From Thermomicrobiales bacterium (lineage in GTDB: Bacteria > Chloroflexota > Chloroflexia > Thermomicrobiales > UBA6265): 64,000 bases of DNA. Positions 25,822 to 35,009 of the stretch are shown piece by piece. The DNA is taken from positions 8,693-72,692 of the forward strand of contig JAMLHR010000010.1 in NCBI GenBank assembly GCA_023957015.1. Reading direction: 5' to 3'. The translations under genes and the position numbers were made by a program. Within the stretch, counting starts at the first letter, position 1, and each line of letters opens with the position of its first letter. The notes below the pieces were generated by a model. It was not told the DNA's origin. It saw only the letters and a list, made by a program, of their open reading frames with translations, and ran no database searches.

Positions 25822-27231
25822 ATGATTGAACTCGTAACCTTCGATTTCCACAACACAATCGCACACTGCGACGACTGGTTCCAGCTCGAGATCCGGATGC
25901 TGCCTGTCGCGGTATTGGAGCAGCTTGATCCGGAGACGCTGACGCGTATCGGTAGCGAGGAGATCGTAGCTGCCTATCGAACCCTGCGCATGAGCGTGAT
26001 CGAGTCTGGGGTGGAAATAGAGGCAATCGACGGTGTTGATCGCGTCTTCCGATCCTTTGATCTCATCTATGATCGCGAAGCAATTGAAGATGCCGTGGCC
26101 GGGGTAATGGGGAGGTCGGTCACCTTGGCGTCGCCCGTACCAACCGCGATCGAAGCGATCCGATTCCTGCGTGAGCGAGACATACGGATCGGTGTCGTCA
26201 GCAGCGCCGTTTATCACCCGTTCCTGGAATGGACGCTGGAACGCTTCGGGGTAGCCGATGCGGTTGAGTTCATCGTCACCTCGGCTAGCGCCGGTATCTA
26301 CAAGAGCAATCCGGAACTGTATCGCGGTGTCCTGGCGGAGGCCGGAGTACAACCAGATCATGCGGTCCACATCGGCGATTCCGCCAGGTGGGATATCTGG
26401 AGTCCACAACAGGCCGGTATGCGAGCAGTGCTGGTGCCGAACGGCGAGCCGATCAGTCCGCTGCAGCACGACACCGACGCTACCCCTGATCATGTAGCCG
26501 AGACGGTACTGGACGCCGCCGAATGGGTGTTGGGCCAACAGGCACCACGGTTGACCATCGATATCTTCACGCTCTTCCCCCCAATGTTCACGGGAGTGCT
26601 GGGAGAAAGCATCCTCAAACGCGCTCACGCCAAGGGTCTGATCGATATCCGCGTTCACGATATCCGCGATTGGACACATGACAAGCATCGCACCGCCGAC
26701 GACACACCCTACGGCGGTGGCGCCGGGATGGTGATGAAGGCACCACCGATCGTAGAAGCTGTCGAAGAGGTACTTGGCGATGATCTGCCGAACGCTCACA
26801 TCGCGATCATGAGCGCGGGCGGACGGCGTTTCACCCAGGAGATCGCGCAGGAACTGAGCGAACACGGCCGAATCGCGCTGATCTGCGGTCACTACGAGGG
26901 TATCGACGAGCGCGTCTCCGAGATCCTCCAGGCCGATGAACTCTCGATTGGCGATTACGTGCTCACCGGCGGCGAACTCCCGGCGATGGTCATCGCCGAC
27001 ACGATCAGTCGGTTGGTGCCTGGGGTGATCACCGAGGAAAGCATCCTGGACGAGTCGCATCTGGGTGAGTATGTGGAGTATCCCCATTACACCCGTCCAC
27101 AGGAGTATCGCGGATTGGAAGTGCCGGAGGTGCTCCTCAGCGGCCACCATGCCAAGATCGCTGAATGGCGCGCTGATCAGGCAAAGCTCCGCACCGCCAA
27201 ATGGCGGCCGGATTTGCTGAAAGACAACTAA
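25822..27231 (+). CDS. trmD: Fusion ORF: HAD-superfamily hydrolase + tRNA (guanine37-N1)-methyltransferase TrmD
   Basis: 469 aa with no stop between the domains. N-terminus has HAD motifs (VTFDFHNTI, VVSSA, HIGDS). From ~aa 236 it reads TrmD (IDIFTLFPPMF, DDTPYGGGAGMV, ICGHYEGIDERV, SIGDYVLTGGELPAMV). Confidence 0.85.
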   Translation: MIELVTFDFHNTIAHCDDWFQLEIRMLPVAVLEQLDPETLTRIGSEEIVAAYRTLRMSVIESGVEIEAIDGVDRVFRSFDLIYDREAIEDAVAGVMGRSVTLASPVPTAIEAIRFLRERDIRIGVVSSAVYHPFLEWTLERFGVADAVEFIVTSASAGIYKSNPELYRGVLAEAGVQPDHAVHIGDSARWDIWSPQQAGMRAVLVPNGEPISPLQHDTDATPDHVAETVLDAAEWVLGQQAPRLTIDIFTLFPPMFTGVLGESILKRAHAKGLIDIRVHDIRDWTHDKHRTADDTPYGGGAGMVMKAPPIVEAVEEVLGDDLPNAHIAIMSAGGRRFTQEIAQELSEHGRIALICGHYEGIDERVSEILQADELSIGDYVLTGGELPAMVIADTISRLVPGVITEESILDESHLGEYVEYPHYTRPQEYRGLEVPEVLLSGHHAKIAEWRADQAKLRTAKWRPDLLKDN

Positions 27232-27257
27232 CGCGTTCTCTTTCGTAGATGCTTTGC

Positions 27258-27298
27258 CGCCCCCCGTAGGGGCGAATCCGATCGCAATCGGTATTCGC
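27258..27298. terminator. Paired GC hairpins between convergent trmD and recO (REP-like)
   Basis: CGCCCC-CCGTA-GGGGCG is followed by GCGAATCCGAT-CGCA-ATCGGTATTCGC (11 bp with a 1-nt bulge). Confidence 0.5.
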
Positions 27299-27354
27299 CA
27301 GGATTGATCGCCGCACCAACTCGGGCCGATACTGGCTGCGGCCAGATCGGCACC

Positions 27355-28125
27355 CTACGTGGAGACATCCAGATTCAACTCATGCAACGCCCGCAAACTC
27401 CGCAAATCCCGATCGGCAACGAAGCGGGCGTAGGTCTCCAGCGCCTGCTGGATCTCAGCGCGTTCCGTCAGCGTTGGTTTCAAACGCGCCACTGCCGTCA
27501 ATCCCTCTCGCTGGAGCAAGCGCAGATACTTCTGCGCGTTCACCGAAAGCGGAATCGCCTGCGGATCCAGATCTCGACACGCCGGGCAAAGCAGTCCGCC
27601 CAACATGGCGGAGTACGCATTTACCTGCGCGGTGATCTCATCATCGCAACCGACACAGCGGAACAGTTGGGGTCGGTAACCAAGCTCATTGAGCAACGCC
27701 ATCTCGAAGTGGCGCGTGACCATCCAGGCGTCAACACCCTCATCTAGCAACACTAATGACCGACTGAGCAGCTCGAAGACAGCCTTGTGCGGCTCCTCGG
27801 CATGCGTGATCACCTTCACCAGTTCGACCAGGTAGCTGGCATGGCAGAATCGCTGCAGATCATCATGAAACGACGGAAACGCTCGTACCGGTGTCGCCGA
27901 ACGCACCACCTCCAGATCACGCCCCGTCGCCAGTTCCAGGTTCACCCAGCTACAGAGATCGAGATATGGCCCCGATCGGCTCTTCGCCTTGCTGGCTCCC
28001 TTGGCGATCACATCCAGACGGCCATAGTTGGGCGTAAACACGATCAGTATGCGGTCGGCCTCGCCGTAGGCGCGTCGATCAATGACAATGGCCTCTGTAG
28101 AATAGTTGCGATCGCGGCTGATCAT
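27355..28125 (-). CDS. recO: DNA repair protein RecO
   Basis: The OB-fold N-terminus (EAIVIDRRAYGEADRILIVFT) and zinc motif (CVGC...CPAC) match RecO. ATG 28125 follows GAAGAGGA; the track ORF extends to 28173. Confidence 0.85.
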   Translation of the reverse strand: MISRDRNYSTEAIVIDRRAYGEADRILIVFTPNYGRLDVIAKGASKAKSRSGPYLDLCSWVNLELATGRDLEVVRSATPVRAFPSFHDDLQRFCHASYLVELVKVITHAEEPHKAVFELLSRSLVLLDEGVDAWMVTRHFEMALLNELGYRPQLFRCVGCDDEITAQVNAYSAMLGGLLCPACRDLDPQAIPLSVNAQKYLRLLQREGLTAVARLKPTLTERAEIQQALETYARFVADRDLRSLRALHELNLDVST

Positions 28126-28223
28126 GGAATCCTCTTCAAAATCGCTGCTTGTCAATTCTACTCCAGCAGCCATGCGAGACCCGAGTGGGAAGCGTCAATC
28201 AGGAATGGTAGGGTTTCAGTATT

Positions 28224-28970
28224 ATGGGTGACGTTTCCTTCCTGGCTGCATTTGTCGCGGGCGTGCTCAGTATCACCTCGCCATGCGTGCTCCCTCTGAT
28301 TCCCATCTATATCGCCCACATCGCCGGTGTCTCCGCCGGTGAAAGTGAGGCCACCGCAAAAGCGGTCATCATGCGCAACGCCCTGGCGTATGTCGCGGGA
28401 TTCAGCCTCGTTTTCATCGCACTGGGTGCCGCGTTCGGTGCGGCTGGCGCAATCGCTGGATCGCTCGATTTCGTGCGCACCAATGTCGATTGGCTGGTCC
28501 GCATCGGCGGTGTACTGCTGATGGTGCTCGGTCTGCACATGCTGGGGGTTTTCCGCATTCCGTTCCTGTATCGCGATGCTCACATGCAGCTTGATGGTGG
28601 TAAGCCGGGAACTATCGGATCGTCGTTTGTGATCGGTGTCAGCTTTGGTGCTGGCTGGACGCCGTGTATGGGTCCGATCCTGGGTGTGATCCTGACACTT
28701 GCCGCCAGTCAGGGAGATACGGTCCGCGCGACCTGGCTACTGGTGGTCTACTCGTTGGGTCTTGCCATCCCGTTCCTGGGTGCCGCTCTCGCCTTCGGAT
28801 CGCTACCGGGTCTGCTGAGGAAGGTCAACAAACACCTCGTCCTCGTCGAGACTATCAGCGGTGCCATCATGATCGCAGTTGGTATCATCATGATCATGGG
28901 CTGGTACCAATTGATCTTCAATGCGATCATTGATCATGCCCCCTGGACACCGTGGGAGCCAGATATCTAG
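28224..28970 (+). CDS. ccdA: Cytochrome c biogenesis thiol-disulfide transporter CcdA (DsbD core)
   Basis: 248 aa with 6+ TM segments. Conserved SPCVLPLIP and GWTPCMGP motifs. Confidence 0.9.
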   Translation: MGDVSFLAAFVAGVLSITSPCVLPLIPIYIAHIAGVSAGESEATAKAVIMRNALAYVAGFSLVFIALGAAFGAAGAIAGSLDFVRTNVDWLVRIGGVLLMVLGLHMLGVFRIPFLYRDAHMQLDGGKPGTIGSSFVIGVSFGAGWTPCMGPILGVILTLAASQGDTVRATWLLVVYSLGLAIPFLGAALAFGSLPGLLRKVNKHLVLVETISGAIMIAVGIIMIMGWYQLIFNAIIDHAPWTPWEPDI

Positions 28971-29119
28971 CGGACATTCACCGGTAGCAGGGCAGACGAG
29001 GTGCCCTCAGCAACCATCTCAAGGAGAGACAAGCTCCTCTTCTGCCGAACTCGATCACGTAAACAGCGCGCGAGACTTCCAGAATCCGTTGCCAATCCGC
29101 GCTTCAGTCAGGACACTTC

Positions 29120-30586
29120 ATGGCGGAATCCGCAATTAGCCCGCAGTCTTCACAGCGTTCAGCTTTGGAACGAGGCGCCGACAAGGTCTGGCGCTTCTTC
29201 ACGAGCGTCCGCAACGCCGTCTACGAGATCGCGTTTCTCACCTTGCTGGTGCTCATCGGTACACTGCGCGGCAGCTCCGCGCCGCAGTGGATGGCCGATC
29301 ACCTCCCCTTCACCCAGGGTCTCGTTGATCGCTGGTATGCCTGGGATGTCTTCCGATCCTGGATCTTCGCAGGAACCCTGGCGATCATCGCCATTGCCAT
29401 CATCATCTGCACACTGAATCGCATTCCTCAAATCTGGGCCACCTTCGCGCATCCCAAGGTGATCACCAGCATGGGGTTCATCAACGCCGCCGATACCGCA
29501 GCCACCTACACTCTGGCCGTACCACCAGAGACCGCCACGGAACAGGTAACCGACGCCCTGCGCAGCAAACGGTACCGAGTGCTGACCGAGCGCAATGGTG
29601 ACGCCACGCATATCTACGCCGACAAGAACCGCTTCGGCAGTTTCGGCACCTTCCCCTTCCACATCGGCCTGATCCTGATCCTCGTCGGTGGTATCGTCGC
29701 ATCCACCTATGGTTTCCGTGATCAGGAATTTGTGGTGGCACAGGGAGCGACCCGCAATGTTGGGCACAGTACCGGTCTGAGCGTCGAACTTATCAGCGTT
29801 ACCGATACCTGGAGCGCGGTTGGTATACCGGTCGACTACGAAGCGGTCGTCCAGATTTACGAAAACGGCAAGCCGGTGAAGGATGGTAGCGTCCGTGTGA
29901 ACCATCCGATGACCTATGGTGCCGCGACGTTCTATATGACCTCGTTTGGCTTCACCGCGGACTTCACCATCCGGGATGCCGCAGGAAATATCGTCTTCTC
30001 CGGACCTACCGAGCTCGGACTTTACACCTCCGTCAGTAATCCGAACGCTCCGGCAGGTTTCATCGACATCCCCCTCGACGGCGTGCGGATGTCTGTTATC
30101 ACACCAGACACCGTCGATCTCGATGTGCCAGAGGTCGGTGATCTCAATCTCGAGCCCGGCCAGGTGTGGGTCGGATTCTCCGGCGATACCGAAGGTGTCG
30201 TGGTTGAACATGGTCAACCAATGAAACTGGGCGACTATACCATCACGTTCGACCGCGAGGGTAAGTACGCGCTACTCCAGGTCGGGTACAACCCGGGTAT
30301 CCCAATCTTCATCATCGCCGCGCTCTTCATGGTCGGCGGTTTGATGGTGACGTTCTACTTCCCGCTGCGCCGCATCCGCGCCATTCTCACGCCGACCGAA
30401 GAAGGCAGCACATTGGCGATAGCTCCCCTGGCAAAACGCGATTACAGCGGCAAGCGGGACTTCTTTGGCGTGCTGGCCAAACTCAATGAGATCTGGGACG
30501 AGAAGCCAGAGGTGAGGGCACCCAAGAACGCTGGCGACTACGAATACCTTTACATGAATCGCACCTCTGGTCAGGAATCGCAGTAA
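29120..30586 (+). CDS. resB: Cytochrome c biogenesis protein ResB/Ccs1
   Basis: 488 aa. N-terminal TM pair, a large soluble domain and a C-terminal TM, sited between ccdA and ccsA. Confidence 0.9.
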   Translation: MAESAISPQSSQRSALERGADKVWRFFTSVRNAVYEIAFLTLLVLIGTLRGSSAPQWMADHLPFTQGLVDRWYAWDVFRSWIFAGTLAIIAIAIIICTLNRIPQIWATFAHPKVITSMGFINAADTAATYTLAVPPETATEQVTDALRSKRYRVLTERNGDATHIYADKNRFGSFGTFPFHIGLILILVGGIVASTYGFRDQEFVVAQGATRNVGHSTGLSVELISVTDTWSAVGIPVDYEAVVQIYENGKPVKDGSVRVNHPMTYGAATFYMTSFGFTADFTIRDAAGNIVFSGPTELGLYTSVSNPNAPAGFIDIPLDGVRMSVITPDTVDLDVPEVGDLNLEPGQVWVGFSGDTEGVVVEHGQPMKLGDYTITFDREGKYALLQVGYNPGIPIFIIAALFMVGGLMVTFYFPLRRIRAILTPTEEGSTLAIAPLAKRDYSGKRDFFGVLAKLNEIWDEKPEVRAPKNAGDYEYLYMNRTSGQESQ

Positions 30587-30627
30587 ACTAGAGGCAATGA
30601 TGCTTGAATCTCGGGAGAATTTCGCCC

Positions 30628-31530
30628 ATGGATGGTTTGGTTCGCTTTTCTTTCTACCTCTTCGCCGGTGGTTCAATGGCCATCATTGGCGCGGCCATCA
30701 TGTACATCGTCTATGCGGTTGGACGCATTCGGGTACGACGAGCACAGCTCGCCACGCCGGACGGTCGCACCGTTAGCAGCAATAGCCTGCATGCCGAGGA
30801 AGGTCCTATCGGATTCGCTCGCTGGGGCACGATGCTCACCATTCTCGGTGGAGTCTCGATGGGCGGGGCTATTCTGGCGCGCTGGAGCGCTGCCGAGCAC
30901 TTCCCACTCAGCAACATGTACGAGTACAGCATGATGTTCGTGTTTTGGGCCTGTGTACTGAGTGTAGCGTTCGAACTCATGTACAAGGTGAGGCAACTCG
31001 GCGCGATCGTTATGAGTATCGCGGCGTTGATGTGTCTGTATATCTGGAGCCTGCCTTCTGACATGCGCGAGGTTTCGCCAGTGGTACCAGCGCTGCAGGC
31101 CAACAACATCATGGCCTTCCATGTGGGCTCGTTTGTGCTCGCGTATGCGACCTTTGCTGTCGCCTTTGGTGCGGCGATCCTCTACCTGATTGCGGAGCGG
31201 CACTCCGTTTCCTGGCTGCCAAGTGCCGAGATGCTCGACGATGTCGGATTCCGCGCGGTGACGATCGGATTTCCGTTCTTCACACTCGGGCTCATCCTCG
31301 GTTCGGTCTGGGCGCACGATGCCTGGGGTGTCTACTGGAGTTGGGATCCGAAGGAAACGGCAGCGCTCTTCACCTGGCTGGTCTACGCGGTGTATCTGCA
31401 CACGCGCACACTGCGCGGCTGGACCGGTCGACGTAGCGCCTACATCCTGCTCTTTGGCTTTGCCGCCACGCTCTTCACCTACTACGGCAACTATTTCTTC
31501 GGTGGATTGCACGCCTACGGCGGTGTCTAG
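30628..31530 (+). CDS. ccsA: Cytochrome c-type biogenesis protein CcsA/ResC
   Basis: The Trp-rich heme-handling motif WGVYWSWDPKETAAL and multiple TM segments. ATG 30628 follows GGGAGA (track start is TTG 30604). Confidence 0.9.
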   Translation: MDGLVRFSFYLFAGGSMAIIGAAIMYIVYAVGRIRVRRAQLATPDGRTVSSNSLHAEEGPIGFARWGTMLTILGGVSMGGAILARWSAAEHFPLSNMYEYSMMFVFWACVLSVAFELMYKVRQLGAIVMSIAALMCLYIWSLPSDMREVSPVVPALQANNIMAFHVGSFVLAYATFAVAFGAAILYLIAERHSVSWLPSAEMLDDVGFRAVTIGFPFFTLGLILGSVWAHDAWGVYWSWDPKETAALFTWLVYAVYLHTRTLRGWTGRRSAYILLFGFAATLFTYYGNYFFGGLHAYGGV

Positions 31531-31536
31531 CACAGA

Positions 31537-32232
31537 ATGACAGACTCATCTTCACAGCAACCTCCGGCCACCAAGCGGTTCTCGCCGGTCAATATCATCG
31601 TGGCACTCATGATCATTGCCGCACTCGTTGGCACCACCTGGTGGATGGGCGAGCGCAATGGTTGGGCAACGATCGGAACCGGAGGTTCGAACGCACAACT
31701 GTTACCCAAGCCGGGTGACGAAGCACCGGAGTTCTTCACATTGATGACAACCGACGGCGAGAATTATCTGCCCGTCGAGTTGTCAAAACTCCGTGGCAAA
31801 CCCGTCTGGATGAACTTCTGGGGGAGCTGGTGCCCACCGTGTCGGGCCGAGATGCCCGAGTTCATGAGCGCCTACGATAAGGTGACCGCCGCCGGAGTCG
31901 TGGTACTCCCCATCTCAGTCGGTGAAGCACCCGAGAAATCGCTCGCCTATCGCGACAAGATCGGCGGGAGCTTTCCAATCCTGATCGATCCCACCTTCAT
32001 CGAGTCGTTCATCGATGCCGAGGCGAATCCCGAAACAGCCGCTCGCTACCAAAGCATGCGCAATGACTGGCAGATCAAGAACTATCCGACACATGTCTTC
32101 ATCGATGCCGACGGCATCGTGCAATACGTCTTCCTGCGGCAGATGTCGGAAGAAGAGATGGTCTCGACTGCAATCGGAATGCTGGAAGTTACACATCTAC
32201 TTCCCGAAGCGATAGTGACGCGGTACGAGTAG
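31537..32232 (+). CDS. resA: TlpA/ResA-like membrane-anchored thiol-disulfide oxidoreductase
   Basis: 231 aa. N-terminal TM and a thioredoxin motif WGSWCPPCRAEMP. Confidence 0.85.
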   Translation: MTDSSSQQPPATKRFSPVNIIVALMIIAALVGTTWWMGERNGWATIGTGGSNAQLLPKPGDEAPEFFTLMTTDGENYLPVELSKLRGKPVWMNFWGSWCPPCRAEMPEFMSAYDKVTAAGVVVLPISVGEAPEKSLAYRDKIGGSFPILIDPTFIESFIDAEANPETAARYQSMRNDWQIKNYPTHVFIDADGIVQYVFLRQMSEEEMVSTAIGMLEVTHLLPEAIVTRYE

Positions 32233-32304
32233 TCGGTGTAGCGCCGAGCTGCGAGTGCCATTCGTACCGAGCTAATCACCGAAGTGATCGAAGCCGACTC
32301 ATAG

Positions 32305-32373
32305 ACCCGGACCGATCAAGCGCGAACCATCGATATTCCTGCGGAAGACGTCGCGCTTGTGAGTGGTCCGGGT
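32305..32373 (+). repeat. H1 hairpin repeat, copy B
   Basis: ACCCGGACC-GATC-AAGCGCG-[27 nt]-CGCGCTT-GTGAGT-GGTCCGGGT. The inner stem carries three compensatory changes relative to copy A. Confidence 0.65.
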
Positions 32374-32471
32374 TCAGCTTCTCACCTCCACCCTTCCAAT
32401 CCTCTGGATACATGTATGCAACCACCATTGCTGGATGCCAGAGGTGAATTGGGACTCCGTTGGCATCGTGA

Positions 32472-32542
32472 ACCCGGACAACTCACGGTCGCGGTTGGTT
32501 GGAGGGCGACCACTCTCGGAACCGCGACCGATCGGTCCGGGT
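32472..32542 (-). repeat. H1 hairpin repeat, copy C (inverted orientation)
   Basis: The reverse complement reads ACCCGGACC-GATC-GGTCGCGG-...-CCGCGACC-GTGAGT-TGTCCGGGT. Confidence 0.65.
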
Positions 32543-32609
32543 CTACTCCTCCGGGACAACCTCACGGAATCTCTCGGTACAGATGCCATGTCAGCCCGGC
32601 GACACAGCC

Positions 32610-33593
32610 CTACCACTTCAGGTTCGGGATCACCTTCTCGCCGTACGCCTTGATGAACGATTCCTGATCCCGATTCACGTTGTGTACGTGAATGTCCTTG
32701 AAACCAAGATCGATGTAGTGCTGCAGGTTGGCGACGTGCGCATCAAGATCGGCCGAGGTGAAGACCCGGTTTTTGAAGTTCTCCGGACGCACCAGCTTGG
32801 CCATCGCCTCGAAGTCTTCCGGATTGCGAATGTCCGCCTTGGGGAAGTTCATACCGCCATTCGGCCAATCAACGACGGCCTTATCGATCGCTTCCTGGTC
32901 GGTAGCAGCATAGCTGACCTTGATCTGAAGCATCTTCGGCATCGTCTCCGGATCCTTACCGGCTTCGCGCGCACCCTTGTCGAACCGCTCCATCAGCATC
33001 TTCACCTTCTCGTCGGCGGCACCAACGGTGATGATGCCATCGACGGTCTTCCCGGTGCGACCAGCCTGAATCGGACCAGCGGTAGCAACGAAGATCGGCG
33101 GCGGTGCATCCGGCAGCGTGTAGAGCTTCGCGCTCTCGACGGTGAAGTGCTTGCCACTATGCTTGATCACCTTGCCGGTGAAGAGCTTCTGAATGATCTC
33201 GATCGCTTCCGCGAGTCGTTCAAGTCGCGTCGGCGCTTCCGGCCAGTAATCGCCAACGATATGCTCGTTCAGCGCCTCACCAGCGCCAAGTCCGAGCGCG
33301 AATCGCCCCGGATACATCGCCTCCAGCGTCGCCGCGGCCTGCGCCAGTATCGCCGGATGATAGCGCCAGCCTGGCGGTGTGACACCGGTCATGAAACGAA
33401 GGTTCGTCGCCTGTCCCAATGCGCCCAGCCAGCTCCAGACGAAAGCGGAATGCCCCTGACTCGGAACCCAGGGGTGGAAGTGATCGCTGGCGGTGACGAC
33501 CTCGAAACCGTTCTTCTCGGCCAGTTTGCAGTAATCCAGCAAGTCATTGGGATGAAACTGCTCAAAACTGGCTGCGTATCCGATCTGTCCCAT
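32610..33593 (-). CDS. F420-dependent oxidoreductase, glucose-6-phosphate dehydrogenase (Fgd) family LLM
   Basis: 327 aa. IGYAASFEQFHP...SDHFHPW...GLGAGEALNEH matches Fgd-type LLM enzymes. Sits downstream of the cof genes. Confidence 0.85.
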   Translation of the reverse strand: MGQIGYAASFEQFHPNDLLDYCKLAEKNGFEVVTASDHFHPWVPSQGHSAFVWSWLGALGQATNLRFMTGVTPPGWRYHPAILAQAAATLEAMYPGRFALGLGAGEALNEHIVGDYWPEAPTRLERLAEAIEIIQKLFTGKVIKHSGKHFTVESAKLYTLPDAPPPIFVATAGPIQAGRTGKTVDGIITVGAADEKVKMLMERFDKGAREAGKDPETMPKMLQIKVSYAATDQEAIDKAVVDWPNGGMNFPKADIRNPEDFEAMAKLVRPENFKNRVFTSADLDAHVANLQHYIDLGFKDIHVHNVNRDQESFIKAYGEKVIPNLKW

Positions 33594-33605
33594 GTGAAAC
33601 TCCTT

Positions 33606-34388
33606 CTACTTGAACAGGTTTCGTTCTTCCGCCATCACCAGGTCAGCAGCGCTGCCCTCGGTGGCGGACCACTCGTAATTGCGGATAATCGCCACCGGTA
33701 CACGGTGGGTCTTGTGCATCACCAACTCCGCCGCACTGGCCAACTCGTCGGCCACGGCCATAACGGAGGCGCGTAACTCGTAACCGGTCGGATCGTGCTG
33801 ACCACGATAGTCGGCGAACGGCGAGATCCCGGCCGACCCAATGGCGATATTGACGATACCATTCCGCCACGGACGACCAAACGAATCCGTGATGATCACG
33901 CCAATGCGCCGGCCCTCATCACCGCCGAAGTAGCGCTCCACCAGCGCCGCTCGAATCCGGTGCGCCGAACCGTCCGGATCAACCGGCAACAATACGACAT
34001 GATCCGGATGCGAGTTGCTGGCATCGACACCAGCATTCGCGCAGATGAATCCGTGCTGTGTCTCCGCAACAATCAGGCCGCGATGCATACGTACGATCCG
34101 CTTCGCTTGTTGCAACACCACCTCAACCTGGCGCGGATCCTTCTCCCATGTCTCGGCCCAGGCACGTGCCATCGCGCTCGGGGAAACCGTGGTCAGATCA
34201 ACCATCTGGCCTTCGGCCTTGCTAACGATCTTGTGGGTGACCACAACGATATCGCCATCCTGCAATCCACCAACTGATCGATCGATGGCATCGCATAGTT
34301 GGTTGGCGAGATCATCTTGCTCGTTGATCTCCGGCATACCGGAAACCGGGATAATCGCGACGGCATTGTCGTGTATCGATGGGGACAT
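33606..34388 (-). CDS. cofE: Coenzyme F420-0:L-glutamate ligase
   Basis: 260 aa. GDIVVVTHKIVSKAEG, ICANAGVDASN and ITDSFGRPWR motifs. Confidence 0.9.
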   Translation of the reverse strand: MSPSIHDNAVAIIPVSGMPEINEQDDLANQLCDAIDRSVGGLQDGDIVVVTHKIVSKAEGQMVDLTTVSPSAMARAWAETWEKDPRQVEVVLQQAKRIVRMHRGLIVAETQHGFICANAGVDASNSHPDHVVLLPVDPDGSAHRIRAALVERYFGGDEGRRIGVIITDSFGRPWRNGIVNIAIGSAGISPFADYRGQHDPTGYELRASVMAVADELASAAELVMHKTHRVPVAIIRNYEWSATEGSAADLVMAEERNLFK

Positions 34389-35009
34389 TCAGGCTTCCTG
34401 ATAGATCGCGCACGTGAGGCGCTGGCGAACGGTCTCCGGCAGCGCATACCAATCATCCGGCGTATCCAGGTCATGCGCAAGACCCGGACTATAGATCGTC
34501 ACCGGGACTACGGCGTGGCGCACCGCCTCCAGAAGATGTCTCTGATAACTGCCCTCACCCATACTGAAGGAGAACGAATCGGCCCAATCGGTGGGAATGC
34601 GCAGTCCGTTTGTTCCCTGGTGATCGCGATCACCAACCACTACGATCTGTCCGTCCTCCAGCAGCACAGACTCGATATCATCGTGTTGGATCAGCGGTAG
34701 ATCGCCCGGCAACATCAAGAGATCCCTGTAGCCACCGTCACGAGCGTAGCGAAGCGCCTGTTGCAGCGCTCCATTCAGACCGATCGCAGCTTCGTCCTGC
34801 GGCAGGACTGTGGCCAATGGTGCGAGTTCCGCCAGACCGTCCGGATTCCGAGTGACCACAACGACATCGACGTCTCTCGGCATCTCTGTCAGGAGGTGAT
34901 GCACCATCGCCTGCATCAGCCGAGCGCGTTGGCGTTGGTTAAAAAGCGGCGCCAGCCGCATTTTGGACTCTCGCAGCCCTCTCACCGGTACGACGACAAC
35001 CGTGTTCAC
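34389..35009 (-). CDS. cofC: 2-phospho-L-lactate (or PEP) guanylyltransferase
   Basis: 206 aa. VVVPVRGLRESKMRL N-terminus and LMLPGDLP motif. Abuts cofE and overlaps cofD by 4 nt. Confidence 0.85.
   Translation of the reverse strand: MNTVVVVPVRGLRESKMRLAPLFNQRQRARLMQAMVHHLLTEMPRDVDVVVVTRNPDGLAELAPLATVLPQDEAAIGLNGALQQALRYARDGGYRDLLMLPGDLPLIQHDDIESVLLEDGQIVVVGDRDHQGTNGLRIPTDWADSFSFSMGEGSYQRHLLEAVRHAVVPVTIYSPGLAHDLDTPDDWYALPETVRQRLTCAIYQEA

Noticed and set aside
25724-26026. N-terminal 100-aa extension of the PP2C ORF
   Set aside because: It is Arg/Ser/Pro-rich with no homology-like features, and it overlaps the divergent HAD-trmD start and promoter region. The phosphatase domain begins after GTG 25723.
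25801-27150. 449-aa minus-strand ORF
   Set aside because: Antisense shadow of the HAD-trmD gene.
29159-31533. Minus-strand ORFs of 352 aa (29159-30217) and 286 aa (30673-31533)
   Set aside because: They are antisense to resB and ccsA, which have clear membrane topology and motifs.
32499-33776. 425-aa plus-strand ORF
   Set aside because: It is antisense to the Fgd-like and cofE genes, and its 5' part runs through the H1 repeat.
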